This document shows positions 19,588 to 36,570 of a stretch of DNA of 64,000 nucleotides, piece after piece. The notes below the pieces were generated by a model. The model was not told the DNA's origin. It did no database searches and saw only the letters and a list, made by a program, of their open reading frames with translations. The stretch's first letter is position 1. The number at the start of each line of letters is the position of its first letter. The position numbers and the translations under genes were made by a program. Source of the DNA: the human T2T-CHM13v2.0 reference genome, Homo sapiens; assembly GCF_009914755.1 (NCBI RefSeq), contig NC_060933.1; one strand, 5' to 3'.

Positions 19588-20175
19588 CTTGAGAGAGAAG
19601 TGAGTAGAAAATGTTTTATTTGAGTTTAAATCACTAATCTAGGCAATAGCTGTGGGTATTCTGTAGCATTCATTTGAATCAGGAGGAAAAGAGCATCCAA
19701 GATTTAAAATAAGTACAAAAAGCATCCAAAATAGAATAATCAAATCACCAAATCAAATAATCAAATTGACTTAGTTGTTACACTGGGATCCTAATGAACC
19801 CCAATGTTAGCCCTACTTGACTCACGAGATTCTGGTAATGGGTCACTGATAAAGCCCAGGTAAAGCAACCTCACCCCCCCACCCCACCACCCCCAGTGCC
19901 CACCACACCCCGCCACTGCAAGGGAGTCTCACCAATGAAGGCCATCCATGAAGAGGGGCAGTCTTCAGTTCATTAGGAGAGTATGTATATGCTATGCTAT
20001 GTATTTGCATAGAAATGAATAAGGTGCTTCCACATTCTCTCCTTTATTTGATCCCAACAAAGGGAGTTAGATAGGACAGATGTTATTTTATAAAGGAGGA
20101 GACTGAGTCTCAGAGAAGTGCTGTAAAGTATCCCCATTAGCCAGTGATACATAAAGAAGAAAACAATTGTTATAA

Positions 20176-20317
<142 letters not shown>

Positions 20318-21187
20318 TAGCTGGGATTACAGGTGTGCACCACCACACCCAAGCCCTTGTCTCTTTCCTTAATCCTCCCTCCCTCTCTTTCATCTTCCTC
20401 CTTCTCCCTTCTTCCCTTCCCTTCCTTCACTTCCCTTCTCTTGCCTTCCTTCTTTCCTTTTTCTCTCCTCCTCTCCCTTCCCCATCTCGTCCCTCCTTCC
20501 TTCCATAAATTTATTGAGTCTTACTATGGGTCAAGACCTAGGCTTGAAACTGGGGGTTTGAAAATACATGAGATCTGGTTACTGCTCTGAAAGAACACAG
20601 CAGGGGAACAGGTGTATCCAAAGCTAAAAATGGATACAATATGGAGGCATTCAGAGGCAAGGAGGACATTGAACTGGGCCTTGAAGGATAAGTAACACGA
20701 CCAGGTAGAGGTCATGGAAATGGGAAAGGCATCCTAGGCAGAGGGAACAGAGAGAGCAAATGCCTTAGAAGACACACAAACATAGATTATTGGTGGGGTG
20801 GGCAGGGGAGAAGCCCTGGTGTCTGGGAAAGAAGGCGAGTAGGTGAGGCTGGTGCTAGATCAAGGAAGGCCTTGGAGGCTGTGCTAAGAGGTCTGGAAGG
20901 TGATGGGGGCTGTTGAAGATTTTTAGGCAGGGAAATGACAGGGTTATGTTTTTAAGAAAGATCATTTAGAGGCCATCGTGTAGTGGATGATTAGCACGAG
21001 ATGAGATTGGGGGCACTGAGGCCAGTTAGGAGACTTTTGTGACAATCTAGATGTAAGATGATAACATAGGAGCTGAGGCAATGGGAGATGGTGAGGAGGG
21101 GCTTATTTCAAAAGATTGAGGAGATAGACTTGATAGGACTTGGCAACAGAGGTGCAGGCAGGATGATGTCTAAGGAGATGCAAGAGA

Positions 21188-21529
<342 letters not shown>

Positions 21530-22210
21530 TCATGCCACTTAATTCCTTCCCAAATAACATGTCCTTATCATCCCTTCCTTTCAGAGGATATATTTCTATT
21601 TATCTATTCTTTCTCTCTGATACGACTTTCTCAAGACTGGTTCTCCTTTCTGGTTTGGGCAGCAATATTTTTTTCCACTTCCTGTTTTCTGGTGTCTGAT
21701 TCCTCAATAAACAAGGTCATGGTGAGAAATAGCCACATGTATACCTGGGGACTTTCTGCCCTGGTCACCAGTGATTGGACCAGGTGGGCACGTGAGCAAG
21801 CTGGGCCAATCAGAGTCCTTCTCTGTGTTCTTGAAATTAGGGAAAGAAAATGGCTGCTGCTTTCTTGAAAGAAATGGAAACTAGGTGGCTTTGGCTGATG
21901 ATTCAAGTGGCTGTTTCTTGAGAAGTAAAAAAGCTGGTTTTTTAGTGAGTGAGAATAATGACGTCTATGCTCAGGGAGAAACAGATGAGAGAAGAAAGAG
22001 GGCTGTGTGGTTCCCATAGAACTTGGAGATGATGCTACCTTATCCTGAAGCCGGGATGTAAGTCTAGCCTTTGGCTCCCTGTTGCTTGAGCTAGCTCTGG
22101 TCGTACTTTCATACATTTGTCTACAGATGCTGTTACAAAACTCACACACCAATGACTATATCTTCTGGAAGTACCTTTGCCTTTGTGCAATTTACTCTCT
22201 AGATCCTTCT

Positions 22211-24037
<1,827 letters not shown>

Positions 24038-24910
24038 TTAGAAGCATTTATTCAACAAATGCTTATTCAGTGCCCACTATGTACCAGGCACTGTAAAAAA
24101 AAAATGCCAGGAAGTCAGTCCCATAGAACTTAAGTGTTGATGGGGGTATATAAAAAGAGATGTGGCCAAACCAGGAAGGGTCAATTCATTTTACCCCAGG
24201 GATAAGAAATGGGGAAGGTAGCATTTGAGCTGGGCTTAAAAGGAGAAGTAGAATTTTGACAGTTGGAGTAGGTAGAAAAAGGGCATTATATGTTCAGAAA
24301 CCAGCGTGAGCTAAGATATGGGGGAGTGATGGTTCAAGGACACGCTTGGGGAGTTGGGAGAAGACTCCTGTGGCCAGTGGTGGATTATGAGTTTGGGAAG
24401 GTGGACAGTGGCAGGAAATGAAGCTGGAGGGGCTCCAGGAGGCAGATTTCAAAAGATCTTGAATGCTACATATGACGGAGACATTTACTGTTCACCAAGT
24501 ATCTATCTACCTACTTTCCACATTTCCTAGTCTTTTGGCAGTTGGAGGAACCACATGACTAGTTTCACCAATGGGCTATAGGCAAAAGCCACACATGTTA
24601 GTTCTGGGCTAAAGCATAAAAGAGTGAGTGTGAGCTCTCCCTTAGCTTTCCTGCCTCACTGTAATGAACAAGGCAGCCACGTCTTCCAAGTGCAACTTCA
24701 ATATGGTGGCCTCTGCATCAGTCTGGGGTCCATGAGTGATTATGTGGAGCACATGCATTGGATATGTGTCATGAGCAAGAAATAAACTTTTGCTGTATTA
24801 AGACACTAGGATTTCGGGGGGCCAATTTGTTACTATAATATAACCTAACTTTTCCTGACTGATACACCAGGGTAAGAAATTCAGAATTTACCCTGGAGGT
24901 GGAAAGTAGC

Positions 24911-25275
24911 TTGTCTTAGTCAGTCTGGGGGGACTATAGGAAAATACCATGAACTGGATGGCTTATAAACAAAAGACATTTATTTCTCACAGTTCTAGAG
25001 GCTGGAAGTCTAAGATCAGGGTGCCAGCATAGTTGGGCTCTGGTGAGAGCCCTCTTCTGGGTTGCAGACTACCAGCTTCCATTGTGCCTCACGTGGTGGG
25101 AAGAGAGCTAGCTGGGTCTTTAGCCTCTTCTTATAAGGGCACTAATCCCATTCATGAGGGCTCTACTCTCATAACCGAATTACCTCCCAAAGGCCCCACT
25201 TCCAAATAGCATCACATTGGGGTTAGAATGTCAGCCTACAAATTTTGGTGGTCACAAGCTTCCAGTCCGTTGCAT
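24911..25275. mobile_element. MaLR LTR (MLT1A/MST-like)
   Basis: tgtcttagtcagt..aaataccatgaactggatggcttataaac..aagggcactaatcccattcatgagggc. Confidence 0.75.
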
Positions 25276-26954
25276 AACCCTTGACAGGTTTTAAGCAGGT
25301 GAGTAATGTTGTCAGATTTGTCAGACAACTGCCATCCAGATTGTCCCTATCTGTTTGTAACAGTGGTGCCATTAGCCATTGTCTCCTCTCAGGAGGGTTT
25401 GAGCTTGTTCAGTTCAGCTCCCATATTTCTTGTTATCTTTCCCTTACCAAGTACAGAGGCCCAGAGCTTTCTTGTCACCACTGCTCTGGGCCCAGAGCCC
25501 CATTCCCCTGCTATGAGCTTATAGGTTTTGTCCTGCAGCATTATGTAGGTATCAGCAACCTGGAGTCACGGGACAGGTTCATCTCGAAGTTATATGGTAT
25601 GAGTGGGCATCTCTCCAGCTTGGCAGGCATCAATGTGTTCACTGCTAATGGAGTGACATATTTACCAGCTGCCCACAGTGAAACAAAGTGTGTAGATGAA
25701 TTTGGTGCAGGAATAGGCGGTTCTCTCTCTATTTGGTGCAGGAACTGGCGGTTCTCTCTCTGGTTATGGCTGAGAGATCTGTGACAATGACTCAAGTCTC
25801 ATCCTGCTCCTTGTTGCTCAAACAATGTCCCTTGAAACCCTTCTTTGCTGGTTCCATTCACCTGTCTCCACTGAGCTTCAGGTCCTCTTCCTTTTTGGTA
25901 AACTACCCTACATCAGCTCCCAGGCTGGCAGGGCTCTTGGGGTGACCCTCCCTTCACTTTCTTCTTCTCCTTTCCTCTGGTCTCCTACTCTTTTGAGAAA
26001 ATTCTTCTTTCTCCTTTTTTGGCTTCCTCAATAGTACTTCCTTCTTTCTCTCTACCAGTTCCTCTGTTCTCTCGTTCTTTAGCAGAAGACTTGATGACCT
26101 ATTAAATCTAGAGTCTGGATCATCAGCAATTAAAACAAGCCAAAAAAGAAAAAAGATCATTTCCTTTTCCTTAAGCGGTCAGGAGCGCTCAGCCTTCAAA
26201 CTGCATAATACAGTTGGGGCAAAAATTGTGGCAGGTAGGCAAAGAAAGGGAAGCAACTACAAAACAGCTCAGCTTTGATCCTAACACAGTTTTAGCCTCC
26301 ACAGCCTGCTACATGCGTAATAGCAAGACTTGGCTTCCCGTGAAACAAGATCACCTGCTCTAAATGCCTTAGGCTTTATACCATTTACAGAGTCTCTCAG
26401 TCCTGGGTTTCATTCTTATTTAAATGTAAGTTCTTTCTCTTCCCTTTTCTCTCTCCCAAGTTCCTGCTCCCTCAGACTCCTGTCTCCGGGGTCCACCACA
26501 CAGGAGGAAAGAATTATTTAAAAGCAGAGCCTCTTTACCTAAAGAGGTCATACTTCTCTTTAGGATGATTTTAACCTTTCTTCTCCAGACCAGGCTCTGG
26601 TCTTTGGCTTTGCACAACCAAAAGACCTTTAGAAAGATTTTTCTCTCCTCTGAAAGAGCAATTTTCTCCCAAAGATGAATTCTTCTGCTAGCCCTTTTAG
26701 CAATGAGCACACGTAGCAATATGTTTGTGTCTCCACCACGTTTTATTTCTAATGTTATTATTATTATTTTGAATAGCTAATACATATATCTAGTTTAAAA
26801 TTCAAAAGCAACAAAAGGATATACACAGAAAAATCTCCTTTTGCCCTGCCTGCCAGCTACCTAGTATTCTCCCCAGGGGTGACCAGTGTTACCAGTTTCT
26901 TATATACCCTTACAAAAGTATTTTACGTAAGTACAAGCAAATACATATATCTTC

Positions 26955-27556
26955 ATTTTATTTATTTATTTGTTTGTTTATTTATTTTGAGACAGAGTCT
27001 CTCTCTGTCGCCCAGGCTGGAGTCAGTGGCGTGATCTCGGCTCACTGCAAGCTCTGCCCCCTGGGTTCACACCATTCTCCTCCCTCAGCCTCCCGAGTAG
27101 CTGGGACTACAGGCGCCCGCCACCACGCCCGGCTAATTTTTTGTATTTTTAGTAGAGACAGGGTTTCACCGTATTAGCCAGGATGGTCTCCATCTCCTCA
27201 CCTTGTGATCTGCCCACCTCGGCCTCCCAAAGTGCTGGTAGTACAGGTGTGAACCACCGCACCCGGCCATTTATTTATTTTTGAGACAGGGTCTCGCTAT
27301 GTCACCCAGTCTAGAGTGCAGTGGCACAACAGTCACTGCATCCTCAACTTCCTGGGCTCAAGTGATCCTTCCACCTAGTCCCTGGGTATCTGGGAGTAGG
27401 CGTGCGCCACGATGCCTGGCTAATTTTTGTATTTTTTATAGAGACGGGATATTACTGTGTTTCCCAGGCTGGTCTCAAATTCCTGGCCTCAAGTGGTCCT
27501 CCCACCTCAGTCTCCCAAAGTGCTGAGATTATGGGCATAAGCCACCATGCCTAGCT
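26955..27556 (-). mobile_element. AluY-like element (26955-27268) followed by AluJ (27270-27556)
   Basis: AluY diagnostics gcaagctc, ccattctcc, ttagccaggatggtctc. Confidence 0.85.
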
Positions 27557-28169
27557 CATGTATCTATTCTTTCCCCTCTTTATTTTTAACACATATGCTG
27601 ATATTCCATACACATAAAAATATAGATATAGCTTGAGAATGCCCCCATTTTACTACATAAGGATTTCCACTTTCTTTGTTTATAATGGAATGGCATTCTA
27701 CTGTATGCATGTATTATGATTTATTTAAATAAATTTATTTAAATAATCTTCTTTTGGTGAACCTTTAGGTGATTTCCATTATTTTGCTATTGCAAGCAAT
27801 GATTAATAACTTGTAAATATGCCATTTTGCCCATTTGAGTACATCTGTAGGAAAAATTCCTGGGGGTGGAACTGCTGGATCATAGAGAATAGCGGTTCCA
27901 ATTGTCCTTTTTCATCTTGCATCAATTTACACTCTAACTAGACATCAAGAAATTCTGTTTTCCCACACAGTGCTTTACATGATTTCCAGAAAAATCCTTC
28001 TGGGGTCATGAGGGAATTGTTTGGAGGGAGAGGACTTAGAGATACCTATGAGAGAGATGGTGAGTTCTCGGTAAAGTGGGGCTGGGGGAGATCTACTCTC
28101 TTCGGGGGTCAAATGAGCCTTTTTAGAGGAAGATATTTTGAATTGGGTCTTAAGAAATCAAGAGCTCAC

Positions 28170-28305
28170 CAAGTAAGAGCGGGAGGGGAAGGCTATGTGC
28201 CTGTGCTGGCTTTTCTTGGGAGTTTAATCTGTTTAATCTGAAGAGATTTTCTTTTTTTGAGAAGAAAAACATTGTATGCCTGAGGATATACCTTGCAGAA
28301 ATTAC
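28170..28305 (-). pseudogene. Decayed exon (NFCKVYPQAYNVFLLKKRKSLQIK..)
   Basis: ctccttactcctatag| acceptor and TTG|gtgagc donor; 136 nt, phase 1-2; one stop. Confidence 0.62.
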
Positions 28306-28322
28306 CTATAGGAGTAAGGAGC

Positions 28323-29168
<846 letters not shown>

Positions 29169-29606
29169 GAGTAAGAAACAGGAAATCATTTGATAAAGGT
29201 CAAGTAATCATTATATATATACTCTACGGAAAAGAAAAGTATGATAATTAATAGTAACTATAATAATAGTAGCTATAATTTATTAAGACCTACCATGTGT
29301 CAGGCATTAGGTTAAATATTACACATACATTTTAAAAAGCCCATTTAATCCACATACCAATTCTCTGCATAAGGCACTATAATTTCCAGTTTGCAAATGA
29401 GAAAATCGGGAATCAAAGATGATAAGTAACTTCCCAAAGTTAACCTAATAAGGAATTTTCAGAGCCAGGCTTCCACGAAGGTATGTGACCCCTGAAACCT
29501 GTACTCTTACTTGCTAGAATAACCCCTTCCATTAGCTCATTGAACTCTCAAGAATTCTAGGGGAGGTTCCCTGGAGATGAAGTGATTACAGGTGAGAAAA
29601 CTGAGG

Positions 29607-29941
<335 letters not shown>

Positions 29942-30237
29942 TTAAATGACTTGTTCAGAAAAAGTATAAAGAACATATGGCAACATGGAAAAATGTTTGC
30001 TTAATAATGTAAGGAGGAAAAAATGATAGTCTATAATTGCTTAAATGTGATGATCACAACTGTGTAAAAATAGAAACATCTGTGGGTGTGCTGACTACCC
30101 ATCCGGAGTATTCTAGGGCAGTCCTCGGTTTACAGTGTCAGACTGTTGTCAGTCCTATATCTGGTGCTATGCTCTGATTTCAGGGAACTTGGGGAAATAT
30201 GGCTACTTTACTTAAAGATAAGGACTGTATTGAATGA

Positions 30238-30497
30238 GAGGCTGAGGCAGGCGGATTACTTGAGGCCACGAGTTCAAGGCCAAGGCCATCCTGGCCAACG
30301 TGGTGAAACCCTGTCTCTACTAAAAATACAAATATTAGCTGGGCGTGGTGGTGTGTGCCTGTAATCTCAGCTACTCAGGAGGCTGAGGCATGAGAATTGC
30401 TTGAACCCAGGAGGAGGAGGTTGCAGTGAGCCGGGATTGCACCACTGCACTCCAGCCTGGGCGACAGAGTGAGACTCCTTATCAGAAAAAAAAAAAA
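30238..30497 (+). mobile_element. 5'-truncated Alu
   Basis: Alu consensus with A tail. Confidence 0.85.
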
Positions 30498-30899
30498 ACT
30501 ATATTGAAGATATTTAAGTAGTTACTGATTTTTTTTTAAATATGAAACTTGGAAAGACTAAGGGGTGATATCTGATACAAATCTAGAAGATTGCAGAAGC
30601 AGACATTTTGAGAAGGTATCTTAGCCTTACTAATTAACGTAAATTGATATCAACATCTTGCCTACTCGTTAAAAGGCTACTCCAGTTATTGGATTTCTGT
30701 GGTGATTGTTTTTTAAAGGTTAGCCTTGACCAATTCTATTACAAGTTTTTTTTTTTTCCCAGCAGCATAAGTGAGCAGAATCAAGAGAAGAGACTGATAT
30801 TTATTTCAAATAGTAAAAGTAAAAAATATCAATTAGTTTCTTCAGAAAGGTTACTTGGAATTTCTTTATTTGATCATCTGTTCATCCTGCCTTCATGTT

Positions 30900-31720
30900 A
30901 GTTCATCTCTTTATTCATTTCATTCATCCATTCATTCATTCAACATTTACTAGTCTCCTAATGTATACCAAGTTCTGTGTTGGGCACTGGGAGCACAATA
31001 GTGAACAAGACTTGGTCCCTGCCCATGAGGGATTCACTGATAGAGCTAGAAACATAAACAGGTAAGTATACCACAGTGTGATAAGTGTCAGTGCAATTCA
31101 TTCAATTCAGTGTGTATTGAGGGTCTGATCTGTCCAGGGTGCTGTGCTGGGCATTTTCACAGGAAGCAGAGATTGAGATATCTGGCCCTGCCCTCAGGGA
31201 GCTCGAAGTCTAGTGTGGGAGATGGTAAACAACCCAGTAATGAAATCATTACAAATAACCATCACTTACAAGGGAATTAAGCAGAGTTCTGGAGTGGAGA
31301 ATAACGAGACAGGGGAGCCTATTTCAGCAGAATGGTCCAGAAAGTACTATGATGGAGGCATGTGCAAGGAACTGTGAAACCACGGAGGGGCTGCTAATGT
31401 AATACACCCTGGAGGAGACAGGGAAGGCTTTGCAAGGAGGGTCCTCTAAAACTGAGCCTGAAAAAATAAAGGAGAGTTAAACAGGGGGAAAGTATTAGGA
31501 CACGCAGTCCCAAGAAAGAGAGCTGGGGTGCCAAGGTTTGAAGGTTTTGGGGTGATACAAAGCATGACCTGACAGGAACCAGCAGGATTCTGTGGCATAG
31601 GGGCATGGGGTTCAGGTGGGAAGGGGATGAGATGAGGCTGGAGGGTTAAAGCAAGGCCAGATCATGTGTGGCCACCAACGCCAGGCTAAAGAAGCTCAGA
31701 GCTTGTCTGGATTAGTGATA
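30900..31720 (-). mobile_element. L2 fragments
   Basis: ttcattcattcaacattta L2 3'-end signature and downstream L2-like sequence. Confidence 0.6.
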
Positions 31721-31841
31721 AAAAGTAGAGCTTAAGAGCCGTGACTGTTGGCACCGGGGATTCCCAGAGCCTTTCGTGGGTCTCATGAAGCCAGACTGCA
31801 TCTGCTGTATTAATATTTTATGCCATGATCAAGTAGTATAC

Positions 31842-31898
31842 TTTAAAAGAGAGATCACAGCTTGCTGCTGAAGATTTAACTGCTTTTCTTCTTCAGCT
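31842..31898 (-). pseudogene. Decayed exon (AEEEKQLNLQQQAVISLLK)
   Basis: tgtttttccctag| acceptor; 57 nt, fully open, phase 2-2; weak donor gtatac. Confidence 0.6.
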
Positions 31899-32151
31899 CT
31901 AGGGAAAAACAGGCTTGAAAGTCTTTCTGGGGTACTTCACCTTAAACTGTTTAAAGGCTCCTCCCCCATCCCTACAGGGGGACATGTAGGGCATCTGGAG
32001 ACAAGAAAGAGGGACAGGTATACAAACAAATTTGATATAAGATTTCTAGCCAGCTAAGACTTTGGAGAATGGCTGTGTGAGAAGCTGAGCGTGAGTCTGG
32101 ACTAAGCACAGAGGAAGCTGGACAGCTCCCTGAGACCCCAAGGGGGCTCAC

Positions 32152-32489
32152 CTAGAGACCTGGATCTGCAGGGTCATCTGGCTGAGGTCAAGGTCAAAGC
32201 AGCAAGACTGCGCCAGGGAGAAAGCAAAACTCTAGACTGCCTGCTTGGTGTGGCAGGATGAACCCCTTCTCGCTGGGACTGCCTCAGCCTCAGAATTTGG
32301 GGAGCATTCAGGAGGAGAGGAAATCTCCATCGGGGAAACGTGCTTCTTGCTCATTAGGTATTGATTTCTCAAGTTGGTGGTTTTGGTTTGAGAAAAAATT
32401 AAGTGAAGTGATTGCATTTGCACTGTGCATTTTTGAAGACATTCTTATAAATTCCAGATGTAAAGTAAGACAACCTAGAGTGACTTGAC
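32152..32489 (-). pseudogene. Decayed exon (GQVTLGCLTLHLEFIRMSSK...LSQMTLQIQVSR)
   Basis: ctcttag|GT acceptor, TAG|gtgagc donor; 338 nt with one 1-nt frameshift; phase 2 end matches the next exon. Confidence 0.62.
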
Positions 32490-35125
32490 CTAAGAGCTAA
32501 CGTTTTGAAAGGCAATTGAATGGATCTTATGAGACAAATGCTCTCTGGTTCTCCCTGGGACAGGAAACCTGTGCTGGGGCTAGTGCAGCACAACCAGGGG
32601 CTGGAAAAGCTCCTGGTTTTATGAGCCAGGTATAATCTCTCTTGGAGTTACTTTGTTCTATTGTCCCAGTTTGCCGATGACACAATGGAGACTCAGAGGA
32701 GTGGATGACTTGCCCAGGGTCATTTGCAAGGTAGAGGAGACACGGGGTGGAACTCGGATGTTCTACTTCCCTGGGCAAAGCTATTAGAACTTCACAGCAA
32801 AGTCTGCTACTGCTGACAACAGTGATGAGAGAGGAGAAAAACCAGGAAAAAGAAACAGAAGTGCAAAAGAACAGGGAGAAGGGAATGTAAGAAGGAGAAA
32901 GTGGAAGGGGAGGAGGAGAAAGGAGGGAGATCAACTTTGGACTGAAACTTTAATCCAATCATCAGTTTTTTTGTTTGTTTGTCTGTTTGTTTGTTTTAAG
33001 TTTCTCTAAATTCCTAAGAAGGTAATGCATTGCTGGCCCGATTGTGTTTCAACTCCAAGAAACAGCACAACATTTGAAAAGCCCATTGTTCGGTGTTGTG
33101 ATAATATAACTCTCTGTAAATGGTGCAGTCCACTGTACAAAGTACTGCCCCCTCCCATCCCACTGGTGGCCTGCGGGGACAGCTGAATGCCTTCTGGTCC
33201 GCTGAGCCCAGAAGAGTGGGGCTGGGCTTTCAGAAACAGCTGGGCTGATTCATCTAGAACAAAAGCCAGCTCTTCCTGCTAAATCCCTGGCAGGCATGGG
33301 CTGTTAGGGCTGTGGGCCCCTGTGCCCCTCCACAGGAAACGTCTTGATTTTGCTCCAACAGTGTCAGTCTCCTGTGTGAGCCTGCGACAGCTTCCTCCTG
33401 CCCAGTGCCTTCATTCAGCCTGGCATGCTCCCAGCCCCACATGAAAGGCAGTGGCTTTGGAGCAAAACCTGGGTTCCAGTCCCAGCTCTGCCATTCCCTA
33501 GTTGTGAAATGTAAATAAGAGATTTCACCTTGCTGTGCCTCAGTTTCTCGATCTATGAACTGGGAGTGAGAGTAGTTCCAATCTGAGAAATTTTCGTCAG
33601 CTTTGGAGGAGATAATGCCCAGAGCAGGCATCCATGAATATGGTTTCCTCCCGTTTTTTATAAGACCCATCCATCTTGCCATATGGCTTGGTCTCCCGTA
33701 ACTCAGTGGATGTACCCTGTATCCCTGACACACTGGCTCAAGCTCATTCACCTTAAACACCTCCACGCCCGTACCTAGGGGGTTCCCATGATGACACCAG
33801 CCACTGTTGACAGAGCCCTTTATATGCCTGAGGCCTTGACACAGAGAATTCATTTAATTTCCCCATAATTCTTTGAGTGGATATTATCATCAGAGGAAGA
33901 AACCAAGGCTCAGAGAGGTTGAGTAACTCAGGGTGTCCTGTCCTTCAAGGCCTCTGAGTACAAAAATAGCACCATCTCCAAGATTTTTTTGGTGTGGGTG
34001 TGTTTAAGGGATTTTATGAATTACTTTTTGTTTCTAAAGCACAGCAGTTCACAATCTTTCTGAGAGTAGTTCCACATTTCTTGAACAGCTCCAAATACCT
34101 TCCATACAAAGAAACAACGAGCTGTAGTCAACCATTATATGAAGTGTACAGAGAGGGGCCTAACATCAGATCCTAACGTTGTCGAGATGAAATTAAATAA
34201 TTCTTGATCCTGAGAAGGGAGCATGGAAAAGACCTTACCTTTCCCTTGGCCTTCTTTCACTCTGGCTATAGAAAGAATCTGGGCTTTGGAGACAGACCTG
34301 GATTCAAATCCCAGCTCTACCACTCACCTAGCTGTGGAAGCTTAAGCAGATTACTTATCCTTTTTGAGCCTATTTATTTTATTTGTAAAATTGGAGACAA
34401 GAATACCTAACTTAGAGGGCAATTGTCAAGCTTAATTGAAATAATAAAGTGACCGGCATAGAGTAAGCACTCAGAATGTGGCAGTTATAATTATGCTTTT
34501 AGTTATTATTATGCATGCCACTGTCATAGGGCCAGCTCTGTTAAGCTGTGGAGGAAGAACCTCCAGGCAGTTTTGCTCTTTCCTGAAAAATCTAACCTGG
34601 GAGGCTGGCTAGCTGGGAAATCCTCTGCTGTGTAACAGTGAAGTCACTGATGCTTATGCTGTTTAGCATCTTACTGGCATTTATTGGGCATAATTACAGA
34701 ATCATAGCTGCTAGGAATCCAAGTCTTAGGGCTGAGCTGGCAGTGCTTATATGGAACACAAAGTTTTAAGTTCTCATTAAAATAGTGGGACAAACACATT
34801 CCTGCCTGGGGCATTCAGAACATGTCTAGAATAATGGCTCTTGAAATTCAAAGAGCAACCCTCTCTTGAGTCCTCCCGTAGTGTCCCCAATCACTCTATC
34901 TGACCAAACCCATCTGTGGTCACTTTCCTCATTCACCAATTCATTAATCCAATAAAAACGTGCTAAACATCTGCTCTGTGCCAAGCACTATTTGACACTG
35001 GGATGATGTCGGAAAACCAAGCAAACACATTTTCTCCTTCCACTGAGCTGCCAGTCTAATGAGATATACACATAAATGGACAATCTGAATGCAGTGAGTC
35101 GAATGGGGGAAGCCCAGGTTTTGAG

Positions 35126-36570
<1,445 letters not shown>

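Noticed and set aside
19933-19972. Possible 40-nt minus-strand exon (ELKTAPLHGWPSL) with donor gtgaga
   Set aside because: Acceptor reads AA rather than AG; left out of the exon chain pending alignment
32960-33115. Possible additional minus-strand exon (acceptor catttacag near 33114)
   Set aside because: No convincing donor, and the flanking exons already join in phase without it
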